This document shows, in pieces, positions 47,862-63,519 of a stretch of 64,000 bases of DNA; the stretch's first letter is position 1, and the number at the start of each line of letters is the position of its first letter. The stretch is from NCBI RefSeq assembly GCF_009914755.1, contig NC_060925.1; one strand, given 5' to 3'. Made by a program: the position numbers and the translations under genes. The DNA comes from the human T2T-CHM13v2.0 reference genome, Homo sapiens. The notes below the pieces were generated by a model that saw nothing but the letters and a program-made list of their open reading frames with translations, did no database searches and was not told the origin of the DNA.

Positions 47862-49469
47862 GTAAGTATTCTAGTATACCTGAGGCTTTCTTAAAAAATT
47901 ATTTGTCTGAAAACTCTTTGCTTGATGTTGTAAAAAGTACACTACGTGGAGTTAGAAACCCTCAGTGTCTAACCTTGTGGTCTGCTGGTGCTGTTCTTAG
48001 GCATGTTTCTGATCTCTCTTAGCTTCAGTTTTCCCACTTATAAAATGGAAATGTTAATAACATGTCTCCTAAGAGTATTTTATTTCCTGTATTGCTAAAA
48101 TATAGTGTGGCAGTTTGAAGGTTGTACTTAAAAACTCTTATTAATAAATTATATCTTCATGTAAATAAAAGCACTGCTTAGGAGAGGAAGGTAGAGGAGG
48201 AGTATGAAAAACAAATGAGTATTTACTAGAAGGGGGGCAGTTGTTATTGGATAAGCCATGTCTGTTCATTCATTTTAGAAGAGGGCATCCTGGCCTTCAT
48301 TATTTACCAGTCTCTGTGCTAAGTTCTTAGAAGAGATTGAGATGGAGAAAGAACATAGGGCTTGGCCTGAATTCACAGGCTGGCAGGATAGGCTGACACA
48401 TAAATGTTACTGTACAGGAAGGAACCAATTGTTATATGAAACTGTGGTAAAAATGATTCCCTCTGCCTGAGGGGAAAGTATTTTGTTTAGGGAGAGGGTA
48501 ATTTTTCTTATTAGAACTCATTTATTTTTGAAGGAATTGATTTTTAAAAGTAACAACTAATATTTCTGTGGAAATGTGGAACTTACAGAATTTTAGTAAT
48601 TGTAGGTTTATCAATGCTATTCTCTTTTAAAAGTTAGGAAAACAAAAACAAATAATAGAGATTGCAACTTTGCCGCTAATAAAACATGATTCAGTTATTT
48701 TTGAGACTAATGAAATCTTAAGTAGTAAATAAGAGACAAAAGTAATGATCATTTAATTTTAGTATTGAAAACACTGCTGATTCTGCCAGTAAGAAAATAA
48801 GCTGGTGTGAGTACCAAGAATAGGAAAACATTTGCCCTGGAATTGTCTTTTTGTTCCTTTCTAGGAAATTGTCTTTTATTTTATGAAAGGAAAGCAGATA
48901 GGTCAATATAATTATGTCTTTCATGGATCTGGGAATAGATCTCAATCTTCTTTGACTCTTTTTATACTTACTTTTCCTGTTTCCTGAAATTATTTACATA
49001 TGACTCATTTTTCTCTTTATTTTGAAGAAGATAAAAGCTCTAATGCCTAGACTGAGTGGGAATGATATTTTCTGGAAAAACAAAACCCTGAGAGCTGCAT
49101 TTCTAAAATGTAAAAACGTAGTTTTCTTATTTCAGATAAGAGTGACTGGATTGGATGTCTACTTAGTAATTTGGATGAATTCTATCAATCATAAATCTTT
49201 ACCCCTGTGAGTTGTATTGAGATTTGAGAATATTATGATAATATAATGATATAATAATGTATATGAAAAATTATGTTCAGTTCCTGTCTTAGACTATATG
49301 CCAGTGTATATTCTATATGGTATTACTATTTAAATGTAAAAGATGAAATCATAAAAGTACTAAAAAAAGGGTTGAATATATAATCAGGAAAGCCTTTTCT
49401 AAGCATGTCATGTAAAACAGAAACTACAAAAAAAAGATGTCAGTTTTCCTGTATATTATTGTTAACCTC

Positions 49470-49734
49470 TGTATTAGTCTGTTCTCATGCTGCTATAAAG
49501 AACTGCCTGAGACTGGGTAATTTATAAAGGATAGAGGTTTAATTGACTCACAGTTCCACAGGGCTGGGGAAGCCTCAGAAAACTTACAATCATGGCAGAA
49601 GGGGAAGCAAACACATCCTTCTTCACATGGTGGCAGGAAGGAGAAGTGCCAAGCAAGGCGGGGAAAAGCCCCTTATAAAACCATCAGATCTTGTGAGAAC
49701 TCACTCATTATCAAGAGAACAGCATGGGGGTAAC
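49470..49734 (-). mobile_element. Truncated THE1D/MST LTR
   Basis: tgtattagtctgttctcatgctgct...aaaccatcagatcttgtgagaactcactca. Confidence 0.85.
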
Positions 49735-49898
49735 ATCTTCCTGTACCCACTCTCCAGAGTGTATATATTTGTATGCTTTTTGAGCCAGCAACTCATTTCC
49801 AGCAATTTATTCCAAATAAATTTTCAGAGCTATATATTAAAGTTTATTTACAATAATCTTGGAGTTGTTTATAATAGGGATAATTTGGAAGCAATCTA

Positions 49899-50107
49899 AA
49901 GCAGTTCTATCTAACAGAACTTTCTGTAATGAGGAAAAGATCCTATTATCTGTATTATCCAATACAGTAGTCACTAGCCACATGTGACCATGGAGCACTT
50001 GAAATGTTGCTAGTATGGTTGTGGAATTACATATTAAATTTTAATTTAATTAACTTACATTTAATTAGCTACTTGTAGCTAGTGCTTCTACATTGGACAG
50101 GGCAGTT
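49899..50107. mobile_element. MER3-like hAT MITE
   Basis: agaactttctgtaatga...ctagccacatgtg..gagcacttgaaatgt...ttggacag. Confidence 0.8.
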
Positions 50108-50485
50108 TTTAAACGTCTTGTAATAGGGATTTGGTTAAATACATTTTGGCCTGTCCAGATATAGTATACTATGCAGCCATTAAAAGTTATATTTTAGAAT
50201 ACCTGACATAGATAAATGACATATCTAGAAAGATATTTAGAAAAGGAGAGGAAACACTATAGAAATAGAAACCAAAGTGTTATGTGTGGTTTTCTTTGAA
50301 TTTGTGTTTTTATTTTCTCCTTTTCATTTACTGTTACTATCCAGATTTGATTATGAACATCTATTACTTTTGATGTTAGCTTAAAAACATTTTTAAATAA
50401 AAAGAGAATCCCATTTTCCATGCCAGTATAAGGATACTCAGAAAAGTAAATCACAGTTTGAGAATTGCCAGCCTTAAAATGATCA

Positions 50486-51950
<1,465 letters not shown>

Positions 51951-54165
51951 ATAACTTTTATTCCTCTGTTTTTTCCTCACAAAATAAATTCAAATTACTT
52001 TATAATATATTCACTCTCAGCAGTTTTTAATTTCAGTGTTATAGAAAGAGCTATTCACTGGTTATTTTGGCAGAAGATCTTTAAAATCCTAGCGAGCTGC
52101 CCTGATATCCTTTTAGCAGCTGTAGTCCTTACAAAATTGTCCAATTTGTTCCTTTTAATGTTTTTGTATATTTTATATCAGCCTCTGAAAAGTATATCAA
52201 ATTTTATTATTATCTTTGAGCTATATGCATCTGTCATATTTATAAATAGTCTGCAAAACAAACATTTAATTGAACTGAAATTTAACAATTCAGCTTTGGC
52301 TAACTGTATTATAATTAGAGTAATGATAATGTCTGTGACATGCACATAGCAATCACAGAGAATAATTACTGGTAATTACCTTCAGGAAAAGTGCTTGGCA
52401 ACAGATGTAAAAGAATATAGCAAGAAACCTAGATTTAAAGGCAAATTACTAGTTTTTTTTTCTTTTCTAAAACTTTTTTTTTTGCTAGTTTTCTAAGCAC
52501 AATACTTAGCCTATGTCATTTAATGATTAAAGTGAAGAAAATATAGGAAATCAGTCATTACTGATTCATTGTTTTATATTACTAAATTTATAATTGTGGA
52601 AAAAACAAGAATGGACATGTTATGCCCCTTTGAGTTAGAAAATGAATTGATTGTCTTGCTTAATAATTTAGATAATTTATTTAACTTCTCTATGCATCTT
52701 TATCTGTTCTCATTGTACTTATTTAATAGAAAATTCATGTGGATCATATTTATAATATGTTTGAAAATGCTTCAAATTAGTTTTTATTCTAGAATTTCCC
52801 ATAAGAAGACTTCAAGAAATAGCTTCTGTTAGAAACCTGCCATTAACTGTATAACATGTTGAAATAAATCATATGAATCATTGCTATTTAGGAGTATTTT
52901 ATAATATGTTAATCAATTTCTGAATATCAAAAGGACCTTAGAGTGACATGGTTTATCAAATTTGACATGTAGGCATATAATCTACAGGAAAGAGAAGTAG
53001 CTTCAAGTTCCTTAGTGGTATCCTTTTGCTTTAATGTAATTTCAGATGTTCTGTAAAGCAAGATGGACAGAATTCTCACTTGAGAAGGTTTTTTTTTTGT
53101 TTGTATATTTTGTTTTTATTGAAGATAATTGAGAAGAAAATGTAAATTCTCTGTTCAATAATAAGGTTAATTTTGTTTTAATATGATTTGTTATTATAAC
53201 ATTTCTAATTCACATTCTTCCTTTTGCACTCAGTGAATATATATACTCTGTTAAAAGTTAAACAAGGCATATACCATAAGGTGTCATATTCAGATACTGA
53301 GAAGAAACCGGATCAGGTTTTGAGAAAACTAATGAAGGAACAAGATTAGTTTTATTCTGTTAAAACTGTCTATAAAATACATTGTAATAAATAGGCTAAA
53401 TTAGGAAAAGGAAAGGCTTACAGCAGAAGGACATACTAGAAAGCTAATATAATACGGATCTGGATCTAGGATAGCTGTCTGTGGGAGTGGTAGTCATCAT
53501 AGATTTTATCTTTCCCTTTGTATCCTACATTCATTCTTCACTAAGTCTTGTCAGTTCTGACTATTTCTGAAATATTCGTTTCCCCATTTTAACTGCACCT
53601 TTTTCCGTTTGGAATACCTTCCGCCTTCTCTATGTCCTCTTATCAATAAATTCCTACCTATTCAATGAAAACAGAAAAGGAAAATCCTAAGTTAAATAAA
53701 CTATTTAAATATAGTAATCTCTCTTGCAACCACCTGTTAGGGAAAAGGAAAAATATTAGGGTATATATATAAATACCCATTAAAAGATTAATATCAATTT
53801 TATGTGTGATAGTATTATAGGAATATATTTTCTCTACAGGATGTTTGCATTCACTAATTTCACTGATACTAAATATCAACCACTGTTCCAGATGCTAGGT
53901 ATATAGATGTGAACAAGTAGACAGTGTCCCTAATACCCTTGGAGAACTTACATTCTGCTGGAGAGATATGAAATAAACAAATACATGATGTGATGTAATA
54001 TAATGGTAAGAATTTCTTTTTTCTTAAAGCACTTTTAGTTTCTAGGACAATACATTCTTTTGCTTTTCTCATAGCCTTACTTAGCTTCATGCTTCACTCA
54101 GTCTTTTTATTATTATTATTAGTTTTCTCCTTTTCTCCTAGCCTCTTAGTGTTGGAATGCCTTAG

Positions 54166-54372
54166 AGCAAGCTTGCCCAACCCAGGGCACTGGATGGCTT
54201 TGAATGCAGCCCAACACGAATTGATAAACTTTCTTAAAACATGAGATTTTTTTTTTTACAATTTTTAAAAAGCTCATCAGCTATCATTAGCGTTAGTGTA
54301 TTTTATGTGTGGCTCAAGACAGTGCTTCCAGTGTGGCCCAGGAAAGCCAAAAGATTGGTGGACAACCCTGCT
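54166..54372. mobile_element. MER30 inserted into an L2 (~54000-55200, +)
   Basis: ggatggctttgaatgcagcccaac...aaagccaaaagattgg..acaaccctg. Confidence 0.85.
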
Positions 54373-56783
54373 GTAGAGGTCAGTCCTCCATTCTCTCTTC
54401 TCTCCAGTGTCATAGTTTTAAATACCATTTACATGCTGGCATCTCTCAAATCTAGAACTCTAGTCCTCACCTTGTCCTTGGCCTCTGTACTCATATATCC
54501 AATTATCTACTTGACATTTTTACTTAAATATCTTATAGATACCTGAAACTTAATATATCTGTAAATGAGCTCTTCCTAATAATTCTATCCACCTCAAAAC
54601 CTGTTATTCCTCCAGTCTTTCTCATTTCAGTTAATGGCAGGTCTATTCTTGCTCATGCCATAAATCTTGTTGTCATCCTTTACTTCTTTATCTCACACCC
54701 CACTCCAGTTTCTCAGCAAATTCTGTTCTGTCTGCCTTTGAAATATGTCTAGAATTCAATTGCCACTACCCTGAGCCAAGTCACCATCTCTTGCCTGGAT
54801 TGTTATAATAAATAGCATCCTAATTGGCCTTTCTGTTTCTGCGTCTGCCCCTTTCAGTCTATTCCTAATACAGGAGCCAGTAATTTTTTACAAAGTAAGT
54901 CACATTATGCCATTTTATTTAACTCTTCATTACTTTTCATGTCAGAGTAAAAGCTAAAGTCCTTTTGGGGCCCTGTGATCTGGTTCTTATTATCTCTTTT
55001 CCTTCATTTATTCTTCTCCAACTACATTGGCCTTCTGTCACTTGTTGAATCCATTAGGCACTTCACCACCACAGAGCTATTGCAGCCACTACTCCCTTTG
55101 CTTGGAATGATTTTTCGAGAGATATTCACATAGCTCAATCCCTCACTTTCTTCAGGTTTTTTTACTCAAAAGTTACCTTTTCAATGAAGTCTTCCCTGGT
55201 CACCTTACGTGATAGGCGGAAGTACAGAAAATTGAAAGACATGTTTTATAGATTTCTTCCACCGAGTGGTCCATATTTTCTCTGTGAATTAGAAGGCATT
55301 TAACTGCTGATAGCAGAGAAGAAGGTAGAGCAGTAGGGGACTTAAGACAAATAACAAATATCTTCTTCAGGAAATAGGAAAGAACATTAATGAAAGAGTT
55401 ATAAAAAAGTTGACAGGCAGTGTTGAGGCTCATGTTGATGGTGAAAACGGTAAATTTGGAGGTAATAGTAAAACAGACTGACAGCTGGGCTGACCCACAG
55501 TTGATGTTTAACTGTCTGGGTACAACAGGAGAACAGTGGAGTAAGGGTCTTGAATGGTTGGACAAGTGGGATTACCTGTTGCTTCCTTTCGTATTCAACC
55601 TGACTGCATAGGATCCAAACTTATTTGAGAATATATATATGTATACTTTTCTCTTTCTATTTTATCTAACAAATCCCAAAACTCGTATCAACCCAGCCAC
55701 CTACTTTTCCCATTTACATACAGAGTCAACTAAGCATTGCTGGTGAAAATAACAGTACAGATTAAAGTTACTATAAACGTACAATTTCCAGTTTTATGTG
55801 GATCACCAGTATTCCATGAGTTTTTTTTTTTTTACTTTGATCAATTTACTTTCCTATTCTTTACTCTCCTTAAGTTTTCTATGTAACCCCTCTATCCATC
55901 TCCAGCTCTTATTTTGACCATTTCTTTATTTTCAAGTTCCTAGGCAATTTTAGTTTAGATATATCTTTAGTAAAAATAGTATTTATATAGATTTAAAAAA
56001 TTTCAGTTTGAGAGTCTCAGTGTTTTAAAAACTGAGTCAAAACAACTAAATTGGTGGAGGTTACTGATAGATTTGGACTAATTCCAAATATTCTTTGGTT
56101 TTGTTTATTTTTGAAAAACTGCTTTATTAAGATACAATTTACATATAATAAACTGTACATATTTAAAATGTACAACTTGGTGTTTTAAAATAGGTGTACA
56201 CCTATGGAAATCATGATCACAATCAAAACAGTGAACATATCTATCACCCTTTTCCTCATACCCTTACATGTTCCTTCTCTCAACCTCCTCCCTTCCCCCT
56301 CCCCCAAAACAACTACTGATCTGCTTTCTGTCATTAAAGCTTGGGTTGCCTTTTCTAGAATCTTAGATAAATGGCATCCTTTATTTGTACTCTTTATGTG
56401 GCTTCTTTCAGCATAATTATTTTGAGATTGATCTATGTTGTGTATTTCAGTAGTTCTGAGTGGAATTCCACTGTATGGAATACCATAGTTTGTTTATCCA
56501 TTCTCCTGTTGATGGACATTTAGGTTGTTTCTGGTTTGGGGCTATTACAAATAAAGCTGCTATGAACACTGACTTACACACCTTCATATGTTCTCACTTC
56601 TCTCGGGGAATACTTAGGAATAGGCTGCTTTTATCAAATAGTAGATGTGTATGTTTAACTTTTTTAAGGAACTACCAAGTTGTTTTCCAGAGTACATATA
56701 CCATTTTACATTGCTATCAGTAGTGTTTCTCCATATACCTGCCAACACTTGATATGATCAGTCTTTTAGTTTTAGCCATTTTA

Positions 56784-59544
56784 TTACATTGTATTTTTTT
56801 TTCCTTTTTTTAAAAATTATACTTGAAGTTGTGAGGTACATGCCAGAACGTGGTTTGTTATGTAGGTATACACGTGCCATGGTGGTTTGCTGCACCCATC
56901 AACTCGTCATCTACGTTAGGTATTTCTCCTAATGGTATTCCTCCCCTACCTTCCCACCCACCGACAGGCCCCGGTGTGTGATGTTCCCCTCCCTGTGTCC
57001 ATGTGTTCTCATTTTTCAACTCCCACTTAGGAGTGAGAACATGCAGTGTTTGGTTTTCTGTTTCTGTGTTAGTTTGCTGAGAATGATGGTTTCCAGCTTC
57101 AACCATGTCCCTGCAAAGGACATGAACTCATCCTTTTTTATGGCTGCATAGTATTCCATGGTGTATATGTGCCACATTTTCTTTATCCAGTCTATCATTG
57201 ATGGGCATTTGGATTGGTTCCAAGTCTTTGCTATTGTGAACAGTGCTGCAGTAAACATATGAGTGCATGCATCTTTATAGTAGAATGATTTATAATCCTT
57301 TGGGTGTATACCCAGTAATGGGATTGCTGGGTCAAATGGTATCTCTGGTTCTAGATCCTTGAGGAATCACCACACTATCTTCCCCAATGGTTGAACTAAT
57401 TTACACTTCCACCAACAATGTAAAAGCATTCCTATTTTTCCACAACCTCTCCAGCATCTGTTGTTTCCTGACTTTTTAATGATCGTCTTTCTAACTGGTG
57501 TGAGATGGTATGTCCTTGTGGTTTTGATTTGCATTTCTCTAATGACCAGTGATGATGAGCTTTTTTTCATATGTTCGTTGGCTGCATAAATGTCTTCTTT
57601 TGAGAGGTGTCTGTTCATATCCTTCGTCCACTTCTTGATGGAGTTGTTTTTTTCTTGTAAATTTAAGTTCCTTGTAGATTCTGGATATTAGTGCTTTGTC
57701 AGATGGATAGATTGCAAAAATTTTCTCCCATTCTGTAGGTTGCCTGTTCACTCTGATGATAGTTTCTTTTGCTGTGCAGAAGCTCTTTAGTTGAATTAGA
57801 TCCCATTTGTCAGTTTGGGCTTTTGTTGCCGTTGCTTTTTGTGTTTTAGTCATGAAGTCTTTGTCCATGCCTATGTCCTGAATGGTATTGCCGAGGTTTT
57901 CTTCTAGGGTTTTTATGGTTTTAGGTCTTAGGTTTAAGTCTTTAATCCATCTTGAGTTAATTTTTGTCTAAGGTGTAAGGAAGGGGCCCAGTTTCAGTTT
58001 TCTGCATATGGCTAGCCAGTTTTCCCAACACCATTTATTAAATGGGGAATCCTTTCCCCATTTCTTGTTTTTGTCAGGTTTGTCAAAGATCAGATGGTTG
58101 TAGATGTGTAGCGTTATTTCTGAGGCCTCTGTTGTGTTTCATTGGTCTATATTTCTGTTTTGGTACCAGTACCATGCTGTTTTGGTTACTGTAGCCTCAT
58201 AGTATAGTTTGAAGTCAGGTAATGTGATGCCTCCAGCTTTGTTCTTTTGGCTTAGGATTGTCTTGGCTATATGTGCTCTTTTTTGGTTCCATATGAAATT
58301 TAAAGTAGTTTTTTCTAATTCTGTGAAGAAAGTCAATGGTAGCTTGTTGGGGATAGCACTGAATCTGTAAATTACTATGGGCAGTATGGACATTTTCACG
58401 ATATTGATTCTTCATATTCATAAGCATGGAATGTTTTTCGATTTGTTCGTGTCCTTTCTTATTTCCTTGAGCAGTGGTTTGAATTCCTGGACACATACAC
58501 CCTCCCAAGACTAAACTAGGAAGAAGTCGAATCCCTGAATAGACCAATAACAAGTTCTGAAATTGAGGCAGTAATAGTCTATGAACCAAAAGAAGCCCAG
58601 GACCAGACAGATGCACAGCCAAATTCTACCAGAGGTACAAAGAGGAGCTTGTACCTACCATTCCTTCTGAAACTAATCCAAACAGTAGAAAAAGAGGGAA
58701 ATCCTCCGTAACTTATTTTATGACATCAAGATCACCCTGTTACCAAAACCTGGCAGAGACACAACAAAAAAAGAAAATTCCAGGCCAATATCCCTGATGA
58801 ACATCGATGCAAAAATCCTCAATAAAATACTGGCAAACCGAATCCAGCAGCACATCAAAAAATTTATCCACCATGGTCAAGTCGGCTTCATCCTTGGGAT
58901 GCAAGGCTGGTTCAGCATACACAAATCAATAAACATAATCCATCACATAAACAGAACCAAGGACAAAAACCACGTGATTATCTCAATAGATGCAGAAAAG
59001 GCCTTCGACAAAATTCAACACTCCTTCAAGCTAAAAACTCTCAATAAACTAGATAATGATGGAATGTATCTCAAAATAATAAGACCTATTTATGACAAAC
59101 CCACAGCTAATATACTGAGTGGGCAAAAACTGGAAGCATTCCCTTTGAAAACTGGCACAAGATAAGGATGCCCTCTCTCACTACTCCCATACAACATAGT
59201 ACTGGAAGTCCTGGCCAGGGCAGTCAGGCAAGAGAAAGAAATAAAGGGCATTCAAATAGGAAGAGAGGAAGTCAAATTCTCTGTTTGCAGATGATATGAT
59301 TGTATGTTTAGAAAACCCCATCGCCTCAGCCCAAAATCTCCTTAAGCTGATAAGCAACTTCAGCAAAGTCTCAGGATACAAAATCAATGTGCAAAAATCA
59401 CAAGCATTTCTGTACACCAATAATAGACAAACAGAGAGCCAAAATCATGAGTGAACTCCCATTCACAATTGCTACAAAGAGAATAAAATACCTAGGAATC
59501 CAACTTACAAGGGATGTGAAGGACCTCTTCAAGGAGAACTACAA
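56784..59544 (-). mobile_element. 5'-inverted (twin-primed) L1PA: minus part 56784-58481, plus part 58482-59544, 14-bp TSD TTTTAGCCATTTTA; nested in an older L1M (~56110-60335)
   Basis: TSD copies at 56770-56783 and 59545-59558. ORF2 translations on both strands. Confidence 0.95.
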
Positions 59545-60336
59545 TTTTAGCCATTTTAATAGATGTGTAGTGGTAACTCATTTTGGTTTTAATTAGCAGT
59601 TCCCAAATGACTAACGATGTTGAACATCTTTTTTATATACTCTTTGCTATCCATTTATCTTCTTTGATGAATTATCTGATCAAATCTCTTGTCTACTGCC
59701 TATTAAAAACATTATTTTCTTAATTGTTGAGTTTTGAGATTTCAGTATATATTCTGGATACAATTCCTATATCAGATATATTCTTGGAAGGTATTTTCAC
59801 CCCATCTTTTAATTCTCTTAATAGTGTTGAAAAGCAGAAGATTCTAATTAGGAAGTCCATTTTTCCAATTTGCTTTTTATGAATTATATTTTATGTCATA
59901 TCTAAGAAATCTTTGCCTAACTCAAGCACGCCTAACCCAAGCACACAAAGATTTCTTCCTATGTTTTCTTCTAAAAGTTTATAGATTCGGGTTTTGTATT
60001 TACATCTGTGAGACATTTTGAGTTGATTTTTCTATAGGGATCAAAGTTTATTTTTTTTACATATAAATATTCTATTATTTCAGCATCATTGGTTGAAAAG
60101 GCTTTCCTTTTTTCACTGCATTGCCTTTGCAGCTTTGTTAAGAATCAGTTGTACATTTAAGTGTATGTTTATTTTTAGACTCTATTCTGTTTGTTATTAA
60201 ATCTACACAATCAACACAGTGTGTACCATCCTGTTTTGATGAGTGTAGATTTATTATAAATGAAGTCAAATAGTGTTAGCCTTCCAAATTTGTTCTTTCT
60301 CAATAGTTGTTTTTGCTCTCTAGGTCCTTTGCATTT

Positions 60337-61141
60337 TCTTTCTTTCTTTTTTTTTCTTCTTCAACTTTTATTTTAAATTCTGGGCTACATGTGCAGGATG
60401 TGCTTGTTACATAGGTAAACGGGTGCCATGGTAGGTTGCTGCACAGATCAACCCATCACCTAGGTATTAAGCCCAGCATCCATGAGGTATTCTTCCTGAT
60501 GCTCTCCCTCCCCCTATACCTCCAAACAGGCCCCAGTGTGTGTTGTTCCCCCATGTATCCATGTGTTCTCATCATTCTGCACTCACTTATAAGTGAGAAC
60601 ATATGGTGTTTGGTTTTCTGTTCCTGTATAGTTTGGTTTTCTGTTCCTGTATAGTTTGCTGAGGCTAATGGCTTCCAGCTCCAGCCATGTCCCTGCAAAG
60701 GACATGATCTTGTTCCTTTTTATGGCTGAATAGTATTCCGTGATGTGTATGTACCACATTTTCTTTATGCAGTGTATTATTAATGGGCATTTAGGTTGAT
60801 TCCATGTCTTCACTATTGTGAATAGTGCTGCAGTGAACATAAGCTTGCATATATCTTCATAATAGAATGATTTATATTCCTTTGGGTATATATCCAGTAA
60901 CGGGGATTACTGGGTCAAATGGTATTTCTGCCTCTAGATCTTCAAGGAATCAGCACACTGTCTTCCACAATGGTTGAAATAATTTACACTCCCACCACCA
61001 GTATAAAAGCATCCCTTTTTCTCTGTAACCTCACCAGCATTTTTTATTTTTTGACTTTTTAATAATCATTCTGACTGGTGTGAGATGGTTTTTCATGGTG
61101 GTTTTGATTTGCATTTCTCTAATGATCAGTGATGTTGAGCT
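60337..61141 (-). mobile_element. 5'-truncated L1PA/PB 3' end with a 23-bp internal tandem duplication (60608-60653)
   Basis: polyT and L1P 3' UTR. ORF2 C-terminus MFTAALFTIVKTWNQPKCP. Confidence 0.9.
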
Positions 61142-62899
61142 TTGGATCAGTTTGATCAATTGATCAGTTTGGGATTGATTTTGATTCAATCCTTATTCTT
61201 ATTGTGCATTATTTTTTTTTGCCTCTGCATGCCTGGTAATTTTTGACTAGATTCTATGTGCTGGATATTTTTTTATCCCTAGAAATCTTCTTGAACTTTG
61301 CTTAGGGTTACAGTTAAGTTACTTGGAAATAATTTGACCTGTTTCTTGTTTTGCTTTTAGGATTTTTTAGGTGAATCTGGTGCATTGCTCAGTGAGGCAA
61401 GATCTTCCTGAGTACTCTACTAAATGTCCTGTGAATTATGAATTTTTCTTGTCTGGCTGGTATGAACATCCACTGTTCCCAGTAGGCTCTTTGTAAGCAC
61501 CAGGCAGTGTTCCCACCAGTCCTTTCATGTGGTTCTTTCCATTGTCTCAGTTAGTTTCTTCACGTGCAAGTGCTGCTCAGTACTCTGCTTAATACTCAAG
61601 GGAGATCCTTTGCAGATCTCTGGGGTTCTCTTTCTTTGCACATTTGTTCTCTCTGGTATACTATCCTATAAACTGTAGCTTCCCCAGTCTTTCCAGACTC
61701 AGCCTTATTTCTGAAACTTAGAGAGTCCATAGGTCTGTGCCTTAATTTTTTCTCTCTGTGCCTTTGCCTGAAAATTTTCTTGATGCAGTAATTTACAGGC
61801 AATAATGGGACTCACCTTGTTTGTTTTCCATCATTTAGCGATTACTATCCTCTGTTGTCTGATGTTCATTGTCTTGAAAACCAGTGTTTCATGTATTTTG
61901 TCCAAAGTTTTTGGTTGTTTTAGGTTTCAGGCTAAGCTCAAGTACCCATTACTCTATTTTAGCCAGAAGCACTTTTTTAAAAAAAAAGTCAATTCCTATT
62001 ATGTTATTTTTCCTCCTATTTACTGGGCATTCTTAAAATATCCTACCCCATGCTGCCTCATTTTTTTACTCATTTGAGTATTTGCATATATGTATATTTC
62101 CATCTTTTTCTAACAGTTGCCCTTGAATTTTAACTTACATCTTGTTTATATTTTTTCTAACAACATCTAGACTTAATCATTACTGTATCTTCCCTCTGAA
62201 CAACATGAAAACTTGTGTACTTTCACTACCCCATTGCCTAGCCTTATCATGAACTTGAGGTTCAAAGAGTTAATCCCTCTGTTCATTATTGCTTTTTGCA
62301 CACTCCATTCTATTCTCTTAGATTTTTTGCTGTAATTTTTAGAACACTTCCTCTAGGAGTTTCTAATGGTTCGTTACCTACACCTTTCCCTCAACCCCAC
62401 CCAGATGACCTAAGTCAAGATGAAAGAAAAGATCCTTCTGCAAGAAATCTCTTTACCTATCAACTCATTTATTTGCCCACTTGATCTTCTGTTTCTCCAG
62501 TCTCAGAGAATCCAGCATCCACTGTTCTGCCCAGTATTTATCCATTGACCTGTGCTCTGTCTGGATCCTATCTTCTCTCAACTCTTGAACTTTTTCTTTT
62601 TTGGTGTTTGCATTTACTTATGCTATATTAAACCTCTTGGTTCCTTTCTCATAGCCAGTAGGTTCCTCTCTCTACTTCAACTGTTTTTCAATGCCATAGA
62701 TTCCTTCTGGCAAATATTCTGTACCTCTTCTTCATGTCTTGGTAAAGCCTATTTAAAAAAAAAAAGGAATAGTCTATTTTTCTTGTTTGCCTTCTGTTCA
62801 CTTCTCAATACATTGCATTCTGGGCTCTGCTCCCCATCACTTCACTAAAAATAATTTGACCCTCTTACTGTCCTATAGACTAGTCCAAAAAAAGGACAA

Positions 62900-63300
62900 T
62901 GTACTAGGTATTGCTGTATAACAAACCCCTCTAAAATTTAGTAGCTTAAAACAATTTTTTATTTCTCTGGAATCAACAGGTTGCCTGAGTGATTGTGCTT
63001 TTCTGGCTTGGGCTTTGCTTATCTTATCTGGGTTTGTTCATGTGTCTGCAGGTAGATGACAAGTTGGCTGAAGGCTAGCTTGGCCCCACTGGGGAGGACT
63101 CAGCTCTGCTTCATGTGGTCTCATCATCTATCAGGAGATACCATGCTTTTTACATAGCAGTGATAGTTCCACAAAAAGAAGTGGAGCATGCAAGGCTTCT
63201 TGAGGCTTAGGATTGAAACTGGCACACTGTTAACGTTTTACCAGATTCAGTTAAACAAAGCAAAATGCAAGGCCAGTCCAGTTTCAAAGGATGGAAATTT
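62900..63300 (-). mobile_element. MLT1-family LTR
   Basis: tattgctgtataacaaac...aaaatttagtagcttaaaacaa...aaggccagtccag. Confidence 0.7.
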
Positions 63301-63519
63301 GTTTCATGTTCTTTACACAGCTTCTTAAATGTTGATATTCCTAGAAATTTTTCTTCTAACCCTTTCCATTTTGCCTCACCAACCTCATCTCTTTTTACAG
63401 GATGACAAAATTTGCCCTATATATTGGTGACATCCAAATCAGCAATTAGCAAACTATGGGAGACCAGCCTGTGGCCTGTTGTTATATGGCCCACTAGCTT
63501 AGAATGGTATATATATATA

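Noticed and set aside
52000-53600. Apparently repeat-free AT-rich stretch examined for a hidden exon or ncRNA
   Set aside because: No GH47 motif, convincing splice-site pair or recognisable RNA motif was seen. Conservation cannot be judged from the sequence alone.
56858-59596. Reverse-transcriptase-like ORFs
   Set aside because: Truncated, inverted and frameshifted L1 ORF2, not an active element or a novel RT system.
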